This document shows positions 27,325-35,641 of a DNA stretch of 37,660 nt, piece by piece. Position numbers and translations under genes: made by a program. Below the pieces are notes generated by a model. It was not told the DNA's origin, did no database searches, and was given only the letters and a program-made list of their open reading frames with translations. Within the stretch, counting starts at the first letter, position 1; each line of letters begins with the position of its first letter. The stretch spans positions 1 through 37,660 of the IMG/VR virus record IMGVR_UViG_3300048849_000159. One strand, given 5' to 3'. Source of the DNA: a virus (Duplodnaviria > Caudoviricetes).

Positions 27325-27655
27325 CCTCGTGACTCGACGCAGCGCGATGGCGATCATTGATCTGCGGGTGACGAGGAAGTGTTGGGGCACGACGAGTGGG
27401 CCGTCACGTGGCTGATGCGACTTGCTCAGCCGCTGACACGTGCCCGGCCCACTCGAAGGCAGTGCGGCATCAGCGGCCGGAGGGCAACCGATGCTGCGGG
27501 CTCGCCCCGCGCGACGTCGAGTCGCGGTCACACCGCAAGCGAATCCGGCTGCTCTCGTTGAGCTACAGGGCGGGCGATTCTGTTGTTGTCGCGGTGTCTC
27601 CGCGGGTGGGTTACCACCACCGTGTCGTCGGAGCCAACCCGAAGTGGCTCCGACA
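27325..27655. ncRNA. Highly structured non-coding region
   Basis: Stems 27325-30/27371-76, 27393-403/27445-55 (11 bp), 27627-36/27645-54 (10 bp), long-range 27331-39/27515-23; no credible ORF. Confidence 0.5.
27502..27572 (-). tRNA. Degenerate tRNA-like element (possible UCG anticodon; probably non-functional as a tRNA)
   Basis: CGCCCTG/CGGGGCG acceptor, TA-GCTC AACGA GAGC D-arm, GCCG..CGGT anticodon stem, CGCGA CTCGACG TCGCG T-arm; lacks D-loop GG, TTCGA and CCA. Confidence 0.45.
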
Positions 27656-28301
27656 GCCCGGGAAGCAGGCGCTGTCCCCAATCACGCCACGGTCGGACCG
27701 TTTGTTCGCTACCTTGTGCTCATGGAGCGGGGGAAGTCATGACAACCGCCGACATGTGGACGATAGCGATCGCCGGCGCAGCACTCGCGCTTTCGGTTGT
27801 GAGCCTGGTGTGGCAGGTCGTGAGAACCCGCTACGAGCGGCCGGTGCTTCACGTAATGGCCGGAGCCACTTGTACCGGCGCAGGCGACGGCTCATTGAGT
27901 CTCGCTTGGGAGCCATGGGTGTCGGTGACGAACGTCGGCGAGAAGCCCGTGACGCTCACCTCGCTGCTCTTCAAGATTGAGGCGAAGAGCAGCGAATTCG
28001 AGGGTGGCTTGACGTGGGTGTGGGAAGCGCAGCCAACAGCGGCGAAGGACTCGCCAGCGGTTCCCAGGCGGCTTGAGGGCTACGACCACGCGATCTGGTG
28101 GTTCGGACCAACGACGATCAGCGAGTTGCCGGACGAGGTCACAGGTTGGGCTGAGGTGTCGTTCGTGACGAGGCGCAAGCGGCGCGACGACCACGGCGAC
28201 TGGACTCATGTAGAGGTCTACAAAACGGCCGCCGAGCAGTTTGAAGGGCACCTGTAGACCGCAGAGGCGTGGTTCAAGGCGACGACCTAGTGGCTCCGAC
28301 A
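27643..28301 (+). repeat. 13-bp direct repeat AGTGGCTCCGACA (27643-27655, 28289-28301) flanking one moron
   Basis: Exact match read in sequence. Confidence 0.75.
27739..28257 (+). CDS. Membrane-anchored hypothetical protein (moron)
   Basis: N-terminal TM AIAGAALALSVVSLVW then beta-rich domain (VSVTNVGEKPVTL). Confidence 0.75.
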   Translation: MTTADMWTIAIAGAALALSVVSLVWQVVRTRYERPVLHVMAGATCTGAGDGSLSLAWEPWVSVTNVGEKPVTLTSLLFKIEAKSSEFEGGLTWVWEAQPTAAKDSPAVPRRLEGYDHAIWWFGPTTISELPDEVTGWAEVSFVTRRKRRDDHGDWTHVEVYKTAAEQFEGHL

Positions 28302-28351
28302 TCTCATCGCAAACCGGACGCTAGGCTCAACTCGGCGAATGGGGGGCCATC

Positions 28352-28798
28352 ATGATCTGTCACAGGAAGCGGGACGCCGAATCGCGAGCAATCAGTGAGC
28401 TGCAGAAGCAGTTCGCTGACTCGCAGAAGCAGAACTCGGAGCTCAAGAAGGCGCTGGGCGAGGTGAGGGGCCATCTAGGGCGTCTCGAAGACCGCGTTCC
28501 GCACGTGAACAAGATGGGTTGGAAGGACGTCGGTCAGGCCCTTGGCGCGGGCGCGTTGTTCGCGCTCCTGATGGCAGTGCTGATCTTCCTCATGCTGCTT
28601 GACGGGGAGAGCTTCATCAACTGGGAGAACGCCGCTTTCTCCGGCGCAGTGTTGGTCGCAATATCCGTGATGGTTCAGAACGCGTTGCTGCTGCTCGACG
28701 CTTGGCGGACGAAGGGGAAGAAGTCCCCTGAGGATTGGGTCCGATCGATAGTCTTCGGCACCGCGATGGTCGGCGCGATCCTGGTCGTCTTCGGTTGA
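28352..28798 (+). CDS. Coiled-coil plus 3-TM membrane protein (moron)
   Basis: Heptad N-terminus, three hydrophobic helices; TAGGCT at 28322-28327. Confidence 0.72.
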   Translation: MICHRKRDAESRAISELQKQFADSQKQNSELKKALGEVRGHLGRLEDRVPHVNKMGWKDVGQALGAGALFALLMAVLIFLMLLDGESFINWENAAFSGAVLVAISVMVQNALLLLDAWRTKGKKSPEDWVRSIVFGTAMVGAILVVFG

Positions 28799-28810
28799 GA
28801 GTCCTCTAAC

Positions 28811-28850
28811 ACGACGAAAGCCCCCGAGGTGATCGAGGGCTTTCGTTGGT
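28811..28850. terminator. Bidirectional intrinsic terminator
   Basis: ACGAAAGCCC (28814-23) / GGGCTTTCGT (28837-46) between convergent genes. Confidence 0.75.
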
Positions 28851-28851
28851 C

Positions 28852-28893
28852 CTACGTGTCTTGACGTAGTTCTTCGCTGGCGCCAGCCTACCA
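28852..28893 (-). promoter_or_regulatory. Putative late promoter and leader
   Basis: - strand TGG-TAGGCT (28893-28885), leader hairpin CTACGT/ACGTAG (28852-28869), then the terminator. Confidence 0.45.
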
Positions 28894-28896
28894 GTT

Positions 28897-29121
28897 TCAG
28901 CGCCCTTCCACGTCTTCTGCGGGCCGTGTCTTCGCGCGTGTTCCCTTCGTTGCCAGGCGCCGCTTCCGGTACTCGGCTTGGATGACGGACCTGCGAACGA
29001 ACACCTGCCGGCCGATCTTCACGACCGGCATGCCGCCTTCGACGTACTTCTCGAACCGACGAGGAAGAACGCCAAGGTGGTCGCATGCCTGTTGCTTCGA
29101 CCACCACTCGTCACTGCTCAT
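28897..29121 (-). CDS. Small winged-HTH (excisionase-like) DNA-binding protein, possible late regulator
   Basis: WWSKQQACDHLGVLPRRFEKYVEGGMPVVKIGRQVFV; AGGAG RBS. Confidence 0.78.
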   Translation of the reverse strand: MSSDEWWSKQQACDHLGVLPRRFEKYVEGGMPVVKIGRQVFVRRSVIQAEYRKRRLATKGTRAKTRPAEDVEGR

Positions 29122-29142
29122 AGTTCTCCTACTGTTGGACTC

Positions 29143-29436
29143 GTGGAACCGCTCACCGTCGTCATCGCACTCTTCGTCATCGCCGCCGTCCTCCCGGTCC
29201 TTGGTTTCGGCCGGCTGCTTTGGCGCAGCCAAGGCGCCCTCAACGCGGCGATGGCGAAGGTGCAAGAGCGGGGCCACGACAAGAAGATCATCAAGGACTT
29301 CAACGAGGAGAACGAGAGCGTCCTCGCGGGCCCGAAAGTTGCCCGCAACTCAGTCGTCTGGGACATCTGCCTTGTGGGCACTGGGCTGGCGGCGGGTGCC
29401 GTCGCGAGCATCTGGAGTCTCTTCCCGACGTGGTGA
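29143..29436 (+). CDS. Small 2-TM membrane protein (moron)
   Basis: Two hydrophobic helices; TACTGT 7 nt before GTG29143. Confidence 0.7.
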   Translation: MEPLTVVIALFVIAAVLPVLGFGRLLWRSQGALNAAMAKVQERGHDKKIIKDFNEENESVLAGPKVARNSVVWDICLVGTGLAAGAVASIWSLFPTW

Positions 29437-29455
29437 CCCGGGCCTCGCATGAAGG

Positions 29456-30448
29456 TCATGCGGCCCTGCCGGTCGGGTCGTTCAGGATTCGGGGCGCGTG
29501 TGCTGGACGGTTCGGGTCCTGGTGGACGTGTCGAGCCTTCCCACGTTCCGGGTGCTCCACCAGGTCACCGCAGTCGAGGCACTGCTGTACCTCCTGCGTC
29601 GGCCAGTAGCCGTGGGCGTCGTAGAAGGCGAGGATCCCGGGCCGGTCCCAGGTCTGCCGTTCCTCTCGAAGCTCGACGATGATCTGGCGTGCGGTGCGTG
29701 AGCTGCGAAGCACGGCGTCGTCCTGGTGCCCGCAGTGCTCGCAGCGGAGGACGACGTCCTCGGGGCGACTTCCTTCGGGCCATTCAGCGCCGTAGGCGTA
29801 CTGGTCGCATACGGGGCAGGGCCGGGGGAGGACGGGCCGCTGTAGACGTGGTGCGCGGGGGTATTTCGGAGCGATCGAGTACCAGGACTCTGGTTCGCCC
29901 TTCAGGTTGTAGACGGTCTGCTGTAGGTCGGACACGTCGTCGTAGTAGTGCCCGCCGGAGGGCTTGCTCGCGATGGCTTCGTGCCGGATGAGGAGCCAGT
30001 CGACGAGGTACTTCGTCAGCGTCCCCGCTTGTTCCGGGCGGAGGTGAGTGCGGAAGCCGATGAGCTCGCCCTTCTCGTTCCGCCATGCCGCGGTCGCAGA
30101 TGCTGGCGGTCGCACATCGAAGACGTCTGCCCAGTGCTCCACCCACTCGCAGAGTTGACGCCAGAGAGCGTCGGCGTCATCTGCGGCGTCCGAGCGCATC
30201 GGCAGCGGCGGCTCCTTCGACGCAGCTCGGGGCATGCCGTCCTTCACCCCGCCCAGCGTGGGCGTGACGAGCGAACGGATGTAGGTGACGAGCTCGGGCA
30301 AGTCCTCGAGCCGGCGACGTGCGGTCGCCGCGCGAAGCCCGAGCGACACCGCGGGGTCGACGGTGGCTTCTTCCTCGTGCTGCTGGGTGATGGTCATGCT
30401 GTTCCTCGTCTGATCGGGTGCAGTCGGGTTGAGGTTTGTGGGGGTCAT
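29456..30448 (-). CDS. Zn-finger-containing early protein, candidate late-gene regulator
   Basis: CPVC, CEHC, CLDC..H..H; alternative start ATG30397. Confidence 0.75.
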   Translation of the reverse strand: MTPTNLNPTAPDQTRNSMTITQQHEEEATVDPAVSLGLRAATARRRLEDLPELVTYIRSLVTPTLGGVKDGMPRAASKEPPLPMRSDAADDADALWRQLCEWVEHWADVFDVRPPASATAAWRNEKGELIGFRTHLRPEQAGTLTKYLVDWLLIRHEAIASKPSGGHYYDDVSDLQQTVYNLKGEPESWYSIAPKYPRAPRLQRPVLPRPCPVCDQYAYGAEWPEGSRPEDVVLRCEHCGHQDDAVLRSSRTARQIIVELREERQTWDRPGILAFYDAHGYWPTQEVQQCLDCGDLVEHPERGKARHVHQDPNRPAHAPRILNDPTGRAA

Positions 30449-30918
30449 CGCAGGTACTCCGGGGCTGCCGGTTCTGCGGGGTTGGCGATCGCTCCGAAGC
30501 CGTGTTGGCGCTCGAGGTCCCGTCGCTGCTCGAAGTCGTTGTACGCGTCCCACGACTCGAACCAGGCACGGCCGATCCACACGCCACGGCGGGCAGCTCG
30601 GTCGGCAGACAGCGCGTCGGCGAGCGCCGGTGACAGCTTCTGCGTCTCCGGCCAGTCCGAGGGGATGACACCTCGCGCTCGTCCTTCACGGACGGCTGCC
30701 ACGTTCTGCTGCTGCAGCCGCTTGGCGCCCGCGACGATGTGTGCCGGCTTGAGGTAGTCCGTGGACTCGCGGAAGTGCTCCACGCCGGCCTGGTAGGCGA
30801 AGTTGACATCGAGATCGCCGAGTACGTCGTGCCAGGCGTTCACGGTCGCGGGGTCGATGTTGCGGTGGTCAACGAGGGAGAACGTTGCGAGCAGCTGGGA
30901 GAGCTCGGTCTTGTTCAT
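30445..30918 (-). CDS. Replicative helicase loader / inhibitor (G39P-like)
   Basis: ELSQLL...VNAWHDVLGDLD...EHFREST.YLKPAHI; follows the initiator. Confidence 0.75.
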   Translation of the reverse strand: MNKTELSQLLATFSLVDHRNIDPATVNAWHDVLGDLDVNFAYQAGVEHFRESTDYLKPAHIVAGAKRLQQQNVAAVREGRARGVIPSDWPETQKLSPALADALSADRAARRGVWIGRAWFESWDAYNDFEQRRDLERQHGFGAIANPAEPAAPEYLR

Positions 30919-31684
30919 GCTGGTGCTCCTGTCCTGCGAAGTAGTCGACGGTGCTGAGGTTCCGGTGGAAAGCGGTCTGCTTGGGCTGGGCGGCCGTGGG
31001 TTGCGCGAGGTCGTCTGACCAGCGCTCCTGGTTGAGCCAGGGGAGGAGTCCCGGGACGTACTGGACCTGCCTCCCGGACGCGGCGAAGGCGTCGCCGTGG
31101 CGGATGATTTCGGCGGCGAGTTCCTCTGCGCTGATCCTGCGGTCGCGGACGAGCCGCTGGAACTTCTCGAACGCGGGCTTCCGGGCTTCCTTCTTCGGCC
31201 AGTGCTTCCACGCCTGTTCGAAGAGCTCCGAGTGGGCAGATCCGTCCGCTCGCGGTGAGTACGAAGTACTCACTTCTTCTGACTTCTTAGAGGAAGACTG
31301 GGCGGAATCGCCCCGCTCTTGACTGGGCGGATTCGCACCACTCGACTGCGCGGATTCGTCCGTCACGCACCGGTACGACTTGGTCCGATCGGTGATGCCA
31401 CCGTCCCGATGTTCGGCGGCCACGAGGTGGCCCGACTTCTCGAGCTTCGCGATCACCCGCTTGATCTGATCGGACGACAGCCCCGACGCTTGCGAGAGCT
31501 CTTCGCGATTCGCTCGCCACCACGACTGCCCGTCTCGCTCGTACCGGTGAGGGCTCTGCTGCGCCGTCCGGAAGTACACCAGCTGCCACACGATCGCCTC
31601 CATGGCGCCGAGCTTTCGGACGAGCGCGGCACGTAGCGGGATGAAGTCGGGGTCGATCAGTAGCGCCTGCGACACGGCCATCAC
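30869..31684 (-). CDS. Phage replication initiator (N-terminal wHTH, lambda-O/DnaD-like organisation)
   Basis: ELSQASGLSSDQIKRVIAKLEKSG; FEQAWKHWPKK...WLNQERWSD; internal iterons. Confidence 0.85.
   Translation of the reverse strand: MMAVSQALLIDPDFIPLRAALVRKLGAMEAIVWQLVYFRTAQQSPHRYERDGQSWWRANREELSQASGLSSDQIKRVIAKLEKSGHLVAAEHRDGGITDRTKSYRCVTDESAQSSGANPPSQERGDSAQSSSKKSEEVSTSYSPRADGSAHSELFEQAWKHWPKKEARKPAFEKFQRLVRDRRISAEELAAEIIRHGDAFAASGRQVQYVPGLLPWLNQERWSDDLAQPTAAQPKQTAFHRNLSTVDYFAGQEHQHEQDRALPAARNVLPR
31296..31358. repeat. Three 15-bp iterons (putative origin)
   Basis: GACTGGGCGGAATCG 31296, GACTGGGCGGATTCG 31321, GACTGCGCGGATTCG 31344; AT-richer tract at 31261-31295. Confidence 0.75.
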
Positions 31685-31971
31685 TCACCACCGCCGGCCG
31701 AGTTCTGGCGCGTGAGACTTTCGACGGATGCTGCGGTGTGCTCGATGGTGCACGCGAAGGCACGAGCCTCAGTGGGCGTCATGAGGTGCACGACGGCGGA
31801 GGAACGGTCGTAGCTGGTGAAGGTAACGGCGACCGTGCTGCCATCCTCTTCGGAGTAGGCAGAGCCGACATCCGCTCCGCCAGCGTCAGCCGTCTCCAGC
31901 GTTGTGACCGGACTTTCCGCTAGTGCTGCAATGGGGAGCGGGGTCACGTTGTCGATGGTGTTCTGGGTCAT
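31681..31971 (-). CDS. Hypothetical protein
   Basis: MTQNTIDNV... coupled at both ends. Confidence 0.65.
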   Translation of the reverse strand: MTQNTIDNVTPLPIAALAESPVTTLETADAGGADVGSAYSEEDGSTVAVTFTSYDRSSAVVHLMTPTEARAFACTIEHTAASVESLTRQNSAGGGE

Positions 31972-32372
31972 GAACGGTCTTCGCTTCCGGCTGTTAGGGC
32001 TGCCGCCTGCGGCAGCGAGGTGAGGAGTTCCCAGGGCAGCGCGTCGCCCTTGGCCTGGTTGCAGTCGAAGCAGAGGAGCTGCAGGTTGTGGATGTGATTG
32101 CATCCGCCTCGGCTCTTGGGGATGACGTGATCGACGGTGAGCTGCCGTTGAGAACCGCAGGCAGCGCAGCATCGGTAACGCCAATCTCGTCGCAGACGGC
32201 CGCCGGCACGACGAACCTGTTGCTTCCAGACGCGGCGCGCACGGGCTTCGCGTTTTCGGGCACTTGGATGGCCGTTGTGTCCCCGGCCCGTGCCGAAACA
32301 ATCGATTGCGACGTAGCGCAGTGTGTGCAGTTCGACGGGTCCCCGCCAGAGCTCAATCGCAGTGCCGGTCAT
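31968..32372 (-). CDS. HNH endonuclease (McrA-like)
   Basis: CAACG..LTVDHVIPKSRGG..HNLQLLCFDCNQAKG. Confidence 0.88.
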   Translation of the reverse strand: MTGTAIELWRGPVELHTLRYVAIDCFGTGRGHNGHPSARKREARARRVWKQQVRRAGGRLRRDWRYRCCAACGSQRQLTVDHVIPKSRGGCNHIHNLQLLCFDCNQAKGDALPWELLTSLPQAAALTAGSEDRS

Positions 32373-32983
32373 GACCCGGATCCATCAGCGTGAGCTTCAG
32401 CGTCCTGAGGAGCTAGCAACCGGCGGCACTTCTCGTCTGCGGCACGAGCTGCAGCGATTGAGCGGGGCATGAAAGCTTCGGCGTCGCGGATGAAGTCGGC
32501 GTACGTGAACGTGGCTTCCGCGCCGGCCTCAATGTCGCAAGGCTCGATGAGCACAACACCCTCGGTTGCCGTTCCGTCGAAGTGAACTTCGTCGCGTCGA
32601 AGTAGAGAGAACTCGGCAGGACCCAGCGCGAGTGTGACGCCCCGGTGTTCGACGAACTGCTTGCCATCTTCGGGGTAGTCCGTCTCTGTCACGTAGGCCC
32701 ACTCAGGAGCGGCAGTGAGGAACCAGTCGTCGACTCCTCCCTCGATGTAGCTGAGGGCTTGCTTGATCCGGCGAAGAGCGATGCTCGGGGAGTCCATGAG
32801 GAAGAACAAGCGGAACTCCCACGGGTGGTAGCGGCTGAGGATGTCGATTGCTCCGGCGTCACGGATGGGTGACTTCTCGTCGTCCGAGCGGCGCTTGAGG
32901 AAGTCGATGATGGTCCGCCTGTCCGACTCGATCTGCTCGTCCGTGAACGCACGGACGGTCGGGAGAATGTCGCCAGCGGTCAT
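32369..32983 (-). CDS. Hypothetical protein
   Basis: 204-aa acidic ORF, ATGA-coupled. Confidence 0.72.
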   Translation of the reverse strand: MTAGDILPTVRAFTDEQIESDRRTIIDFLKRRSDDEKSPIRDAGAIDILSRYHPWEFRLFFLMDSPSIALRRIKQALSYIEGGVDDWFLTAAPEWAYVTETDYPEDGKQFVEHRGVTLALGPAEFSLLRRDEVHFDGTATEGVVLIEPCDIEAGAEATFTYADFIRDAEAFMPRSIAAARAADEKCRRLLAPQDAEAHADGSGS

Positions 32984-33426
32984 CGGGGCATCACCGCCTT
33001 CGAACGGCGCCCGCCTTCGTAGAGTCCTTCCTTAGACTCTCGAGCTGCCGTGATGAGACGTTGACCCAAGACATGCGCTGTGTCCCGCGCAAGAGTGAAC
33101 GTGTCGCCTGCCTCCCATCGATACCACCGACCGATGCGCCGTAGCTCGTTGATATGAACGGCGACGCCATCGGGAGCCGACTCGGCGACTGAGTAGACGC
33201 GGGACGTTGGCTTGTACGTCTTGGACAGTGCCTGCTTGCCGGTGTGCAGGCTGAAAATGGGAACTGGTATGCCTGCGCGTACCGAGTACGCGAGTTCGAG
33301 CATGTCGAGGGCGAGCTCGGTGGACTCGTCGAGCGTCATCAGCAGCGACGTCTCGTCCTCGTACAGGCTGATGCGCACTTCGTCGGGGCGAGTAGTGGTC
33401 CGACGCATGTCGATCTCGATCGCCAT
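32980..33426 (-). CDS. Hypothetical protein
   Basis: MAIEIDMRR...; TGATG-coupled. Confidence 0.7.
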   Translation of the reverse strand: MAIEIDMRRTTTRPDEVRISLYEDETSLLMTLDESTELALDMLELAYSVRAGIPVPIFSLHTGKQALSKTYKPTSRVYSVAESAPDGVAVHINELRRIGRWYRWEAGDTFTLARDTAHVLGQRLITAARESKEGLYEGGRRSKAVMPR

Positions 33427-33815
33427 CAGACGGTCACCTCGCTGCCCGCGTCGATCATCAGCTCGAGCTCGAGCTGGGCGAACGGGTCGTCGGCGAGGAG
33501 TGCGATCTCCTGCACCAAGACGGTGCGGCCGGCGATGCGGCGGCGCCGCCATCGATCGGCGTGACGTGCCCACCCACCGGTCGGCAGCTCGCGACCGAGC
33601 GCGGTGATCAGGCGCCGTTCCCGTGCGCTGGTGCCGGCGTAGTAGTAGACGACGAACTTCTTCATCGACGGGATCCGGTAGTACAGGGTTACGGCTCGGC
33701 CCACTTGTCCGTCCACGTCGGTGATCCGCACCCCGTGCGTCTCTGCCTCACGGAACTCGACTGAGTAGCTGGCGAAGCGGCGCCGTTCGGCTAGTGCCGG
33801 CTGCCACGCGCTCAT
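33426..33815 (-). CDS. Hypothetical protein
   Basis: MSAWQPALAE...; ATGA-coupled. Confidence 0.68.
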   Translation of the reverse strand: MSAWQPALAERRRFASYSVEFREAETHGVRITDVDGQVGRAVTLYYRIPSMKKFVVYYYAGTSARERRLITALGRELPTGGWARHADRWRRRRIAGRTVLVQEIALLADDPFAQLELELMIDAGSEVTV

Positions 33816-34471
33816 CGAGTCACCGCCGCGGGGTGACGGTTCAGCTGCGAGGCGTGAGCGCTCGCCGTCTCGTACGCCTGCGACAGCGCCGCGAAGGCGT
33901 CTGTGCCGAGGGGGTCGTCGTTCTCCACGACGACGTAGACGGCCCACCTGTTCTCCTGACCCTCGAAGCGGTCGACGGAGATGTTCCAGCCATCGCCATC
34001 GGAGGACATGGCGTGGTGCCAGAGCGGTTCGTTCTGCTCGTGCATGCCGGAGCTGTCGCAGCCCAGCGTGGCGCACCCCTTCGGGGGTCGCGAGTTGTCC
34101 GTGGCGGGCTGTACGGTGATGATTGACATGGTCGTTCCTTCCTGGAGGTTGGTTCTGATCTGGCCCTCGGTGGAGTTGCAGCTCCGTCCGGGGGCTTTCT
34201 TCTTGGCGCCGATGGTCTGGCGCAGGTCTTCGTGTAACCCTTCGCATCCCGCGATCTCGCAGACAGACGACGGGGCCGGCATGAGGCTCGCGATCGCGAA
34301 CGTCACCCGGCGGATCCAGCTATCGGTCGGAGCGACCTCGCCGGCCTCCACCCGCATGAGAATTCGGGTGCTAATCCCCGCTCTCGCGGCGACCTCCTGA
34401 ACGTTCAACTCGTGGGACTCCCGCACACGCCGGATGACGGGACCCAGCTGGTCGTCGGTGGTGAGGTCCAT
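33812..34471 (-). CDS. XRE-HTH protein in frame with a separately initiated downstream protein (ATG34129)
   Basis: IRRVRESHELNVQEVAARAGISTRILMRVEAG; internal AGGAAGG RBS before MSIITV. Confidence 0.7.
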   Translation of the reverse strand: MDLTTDDQLGPVIRRVRESHELNVQEVAARAGISTRILMRVEAGEVAPTDSWIRRVTFAIASLMPAPSSVCEIAGCEGLHEDLRQTIGAKKKAPGRSCNSTEGQIRTNLQEGTTMSIITVQPATDNSRPPKGCATLGCDSSGMHEQNEPLWHHAMSSDGDGWNISVDRFEGQENRWAVYVVVENDDPLGTDAFAALSQAYETASAHASQLNRHPAAVTR

Positions 34472-35274
34472 CACGCCACCGCCCGAGCGATCGACAGGGT
34501 GCCGTGCTCCCCGAGCCAGGCGCAGAGGCCGTCCCAGAGCCGTGCTTCTCCACGAGGAGTGAGATGGGTGGTGACCTTCGTCTGTAGGCCATGTGAGCGC
34601 GTGCCGAATGTCGCTCGGCTCGGCCGTGCCCACCCCGCGTCGATTGCCTGTGCGGTCGGCTGGTTCCGGCGAACAGAGTCACCGCGAATCACGAGGCCCA
34701 GGCGGTGCGCGTGGTCCCAGACGTCCTGGTGCAGCACCTTGACGTGGGGGAAACGCTCGGACGCGTGCGCCTTGAAGTCGTTCGCGACATCGCCCACAGT
34801 GCGTGCGCCTGCTGCGGCGCGGAAGGTCTCCGCATGTGCGACCTTCGGGGCGTCCGAGACGACCTTTGCCTCGAGCGCTTGACGCTGCTCCACCTCCGCT
34901 GCGTACGCACGAAGTGCGTCCGGCAACGACTGAGGCACCTGCGGCGACATGAGCTGGCGCGCCATGTCGAAGAACGCCTTCACGAGCGCCTTCTTGAACG
35001 CGACCACCTGGTCCGTGTTCCGCTGGAACGTCATCAGGAGCGTTGCCTGCGCCTCGTTCAGGAGAGCGAAACGAGTCCCCTTCGCGAATCCACCCTGAGC
35101 GAGCGCGACACCCTTCCGCGTTTCAAACGCGAGAGGGCCGAAGTCCTCGAAGTCGGGCCGGCGGGAGTCGATGAGGTCGAGCACGTTCTTGTGCTGAACG
35201 CCGGAACCGTCGGCGATGGTCTCTGACGAGACGACGAGAGTGCCGTCCTGGTTGAGGATGTCGAGAGTGCTCAT
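34471..35274 (-). CDS. Rha-family regulator / antirepressor (Rha plus KilA-C/ANT)
   Basis: VSSETIA..HKNVLDLI..LLNEAQATLLM..FKKALVKAF; VPQSLPDALRAYA..DAPKV..TPRG. Confidence 0.88.
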   Translation of the reverse strand: MSTLDILNQDGTLVVSSETIADGSGVQHKNVLDLIDSRRPDFEDFGPLAFETRKGVALAQGGFAKGTRFALLNEAQATLLMTFQRNTDQVVAFKKALVKAFFDMARQLMSPQVPQSLPDALRAYAAEVEQRQALEAKVVSDAPKVAHAETFRAAAGARTVGDVANDFKAHASERFPHVKVLHQDVWDHAHRLGLVIRGDSVRRNQPTAQAIDAGWARPSRATFGTRSHGLQTKVTTHLTPRGEARLWDGLCAWLGEHGTLSIARAVA

Positions 35275-35453
35275 GCAGCCAGCTCCTTCTCGATCGCGGT
35301 GAAGAGGTGGGGTGGGAGCGTCGCGCGCATCCGAGCCGTCGCGCACGTGACTCCGAGCGGAGAGGTGCGGATCAGCTGAGCGACGGCGGCGGCATTGATG
35401 ACCTCGACGGGCTCATCGCCGATCACCGCGATGTCCCAGTCGGGGGCGCTCAT
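35271..35453 (-). CDS. Hypothetical protein (60 aa)
   Basis: Coupled at both ends. Confidence 0.6.
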   Translation of the reverse strand: MSAPDWDIAVIGDEPVEVINAAAVAQLIRTSPLGVTCATARMRATLPPHLFTAIEKELAA

Positions 35454-35641
35454 GTCGTTGCCTCGAACTGCTTGTCCAGCCATTCGACTACGTCGGCTTC
35501 CCGAAACATCCGCCGCCCACCGATCAGGGCGGAGCGAGGCGCGGTGCCTCGCGTGATCATGTAGCGAAGAGCTGCCGGCGTTTTGCGCAGCTTGCTCGCG
35601 GTCTCCTCCAGGGTGAGGAGCACCGCAATCGTCATCGTCAT
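35450..35641 (-). CDS. Excisionase / AlpA-like HTH (first early gene)
   Basis: LLTLEETASKLRKTPAALRYM...IGGRRMFREADVVEWL; AAGGAG RBS. Confidence 0.85.
   Translation of the reverse strand: MTMTIAVLLTLEETASKLRKTPAALRYMITRGTAPRSALIGGRRMFREADVVEWLDKQFEATT

Noticed and set aside
27693-27709. Possible LexA box CGGACC-GTTT-GTTCGC
   Set aside because: Too many mismatches in the left half-site
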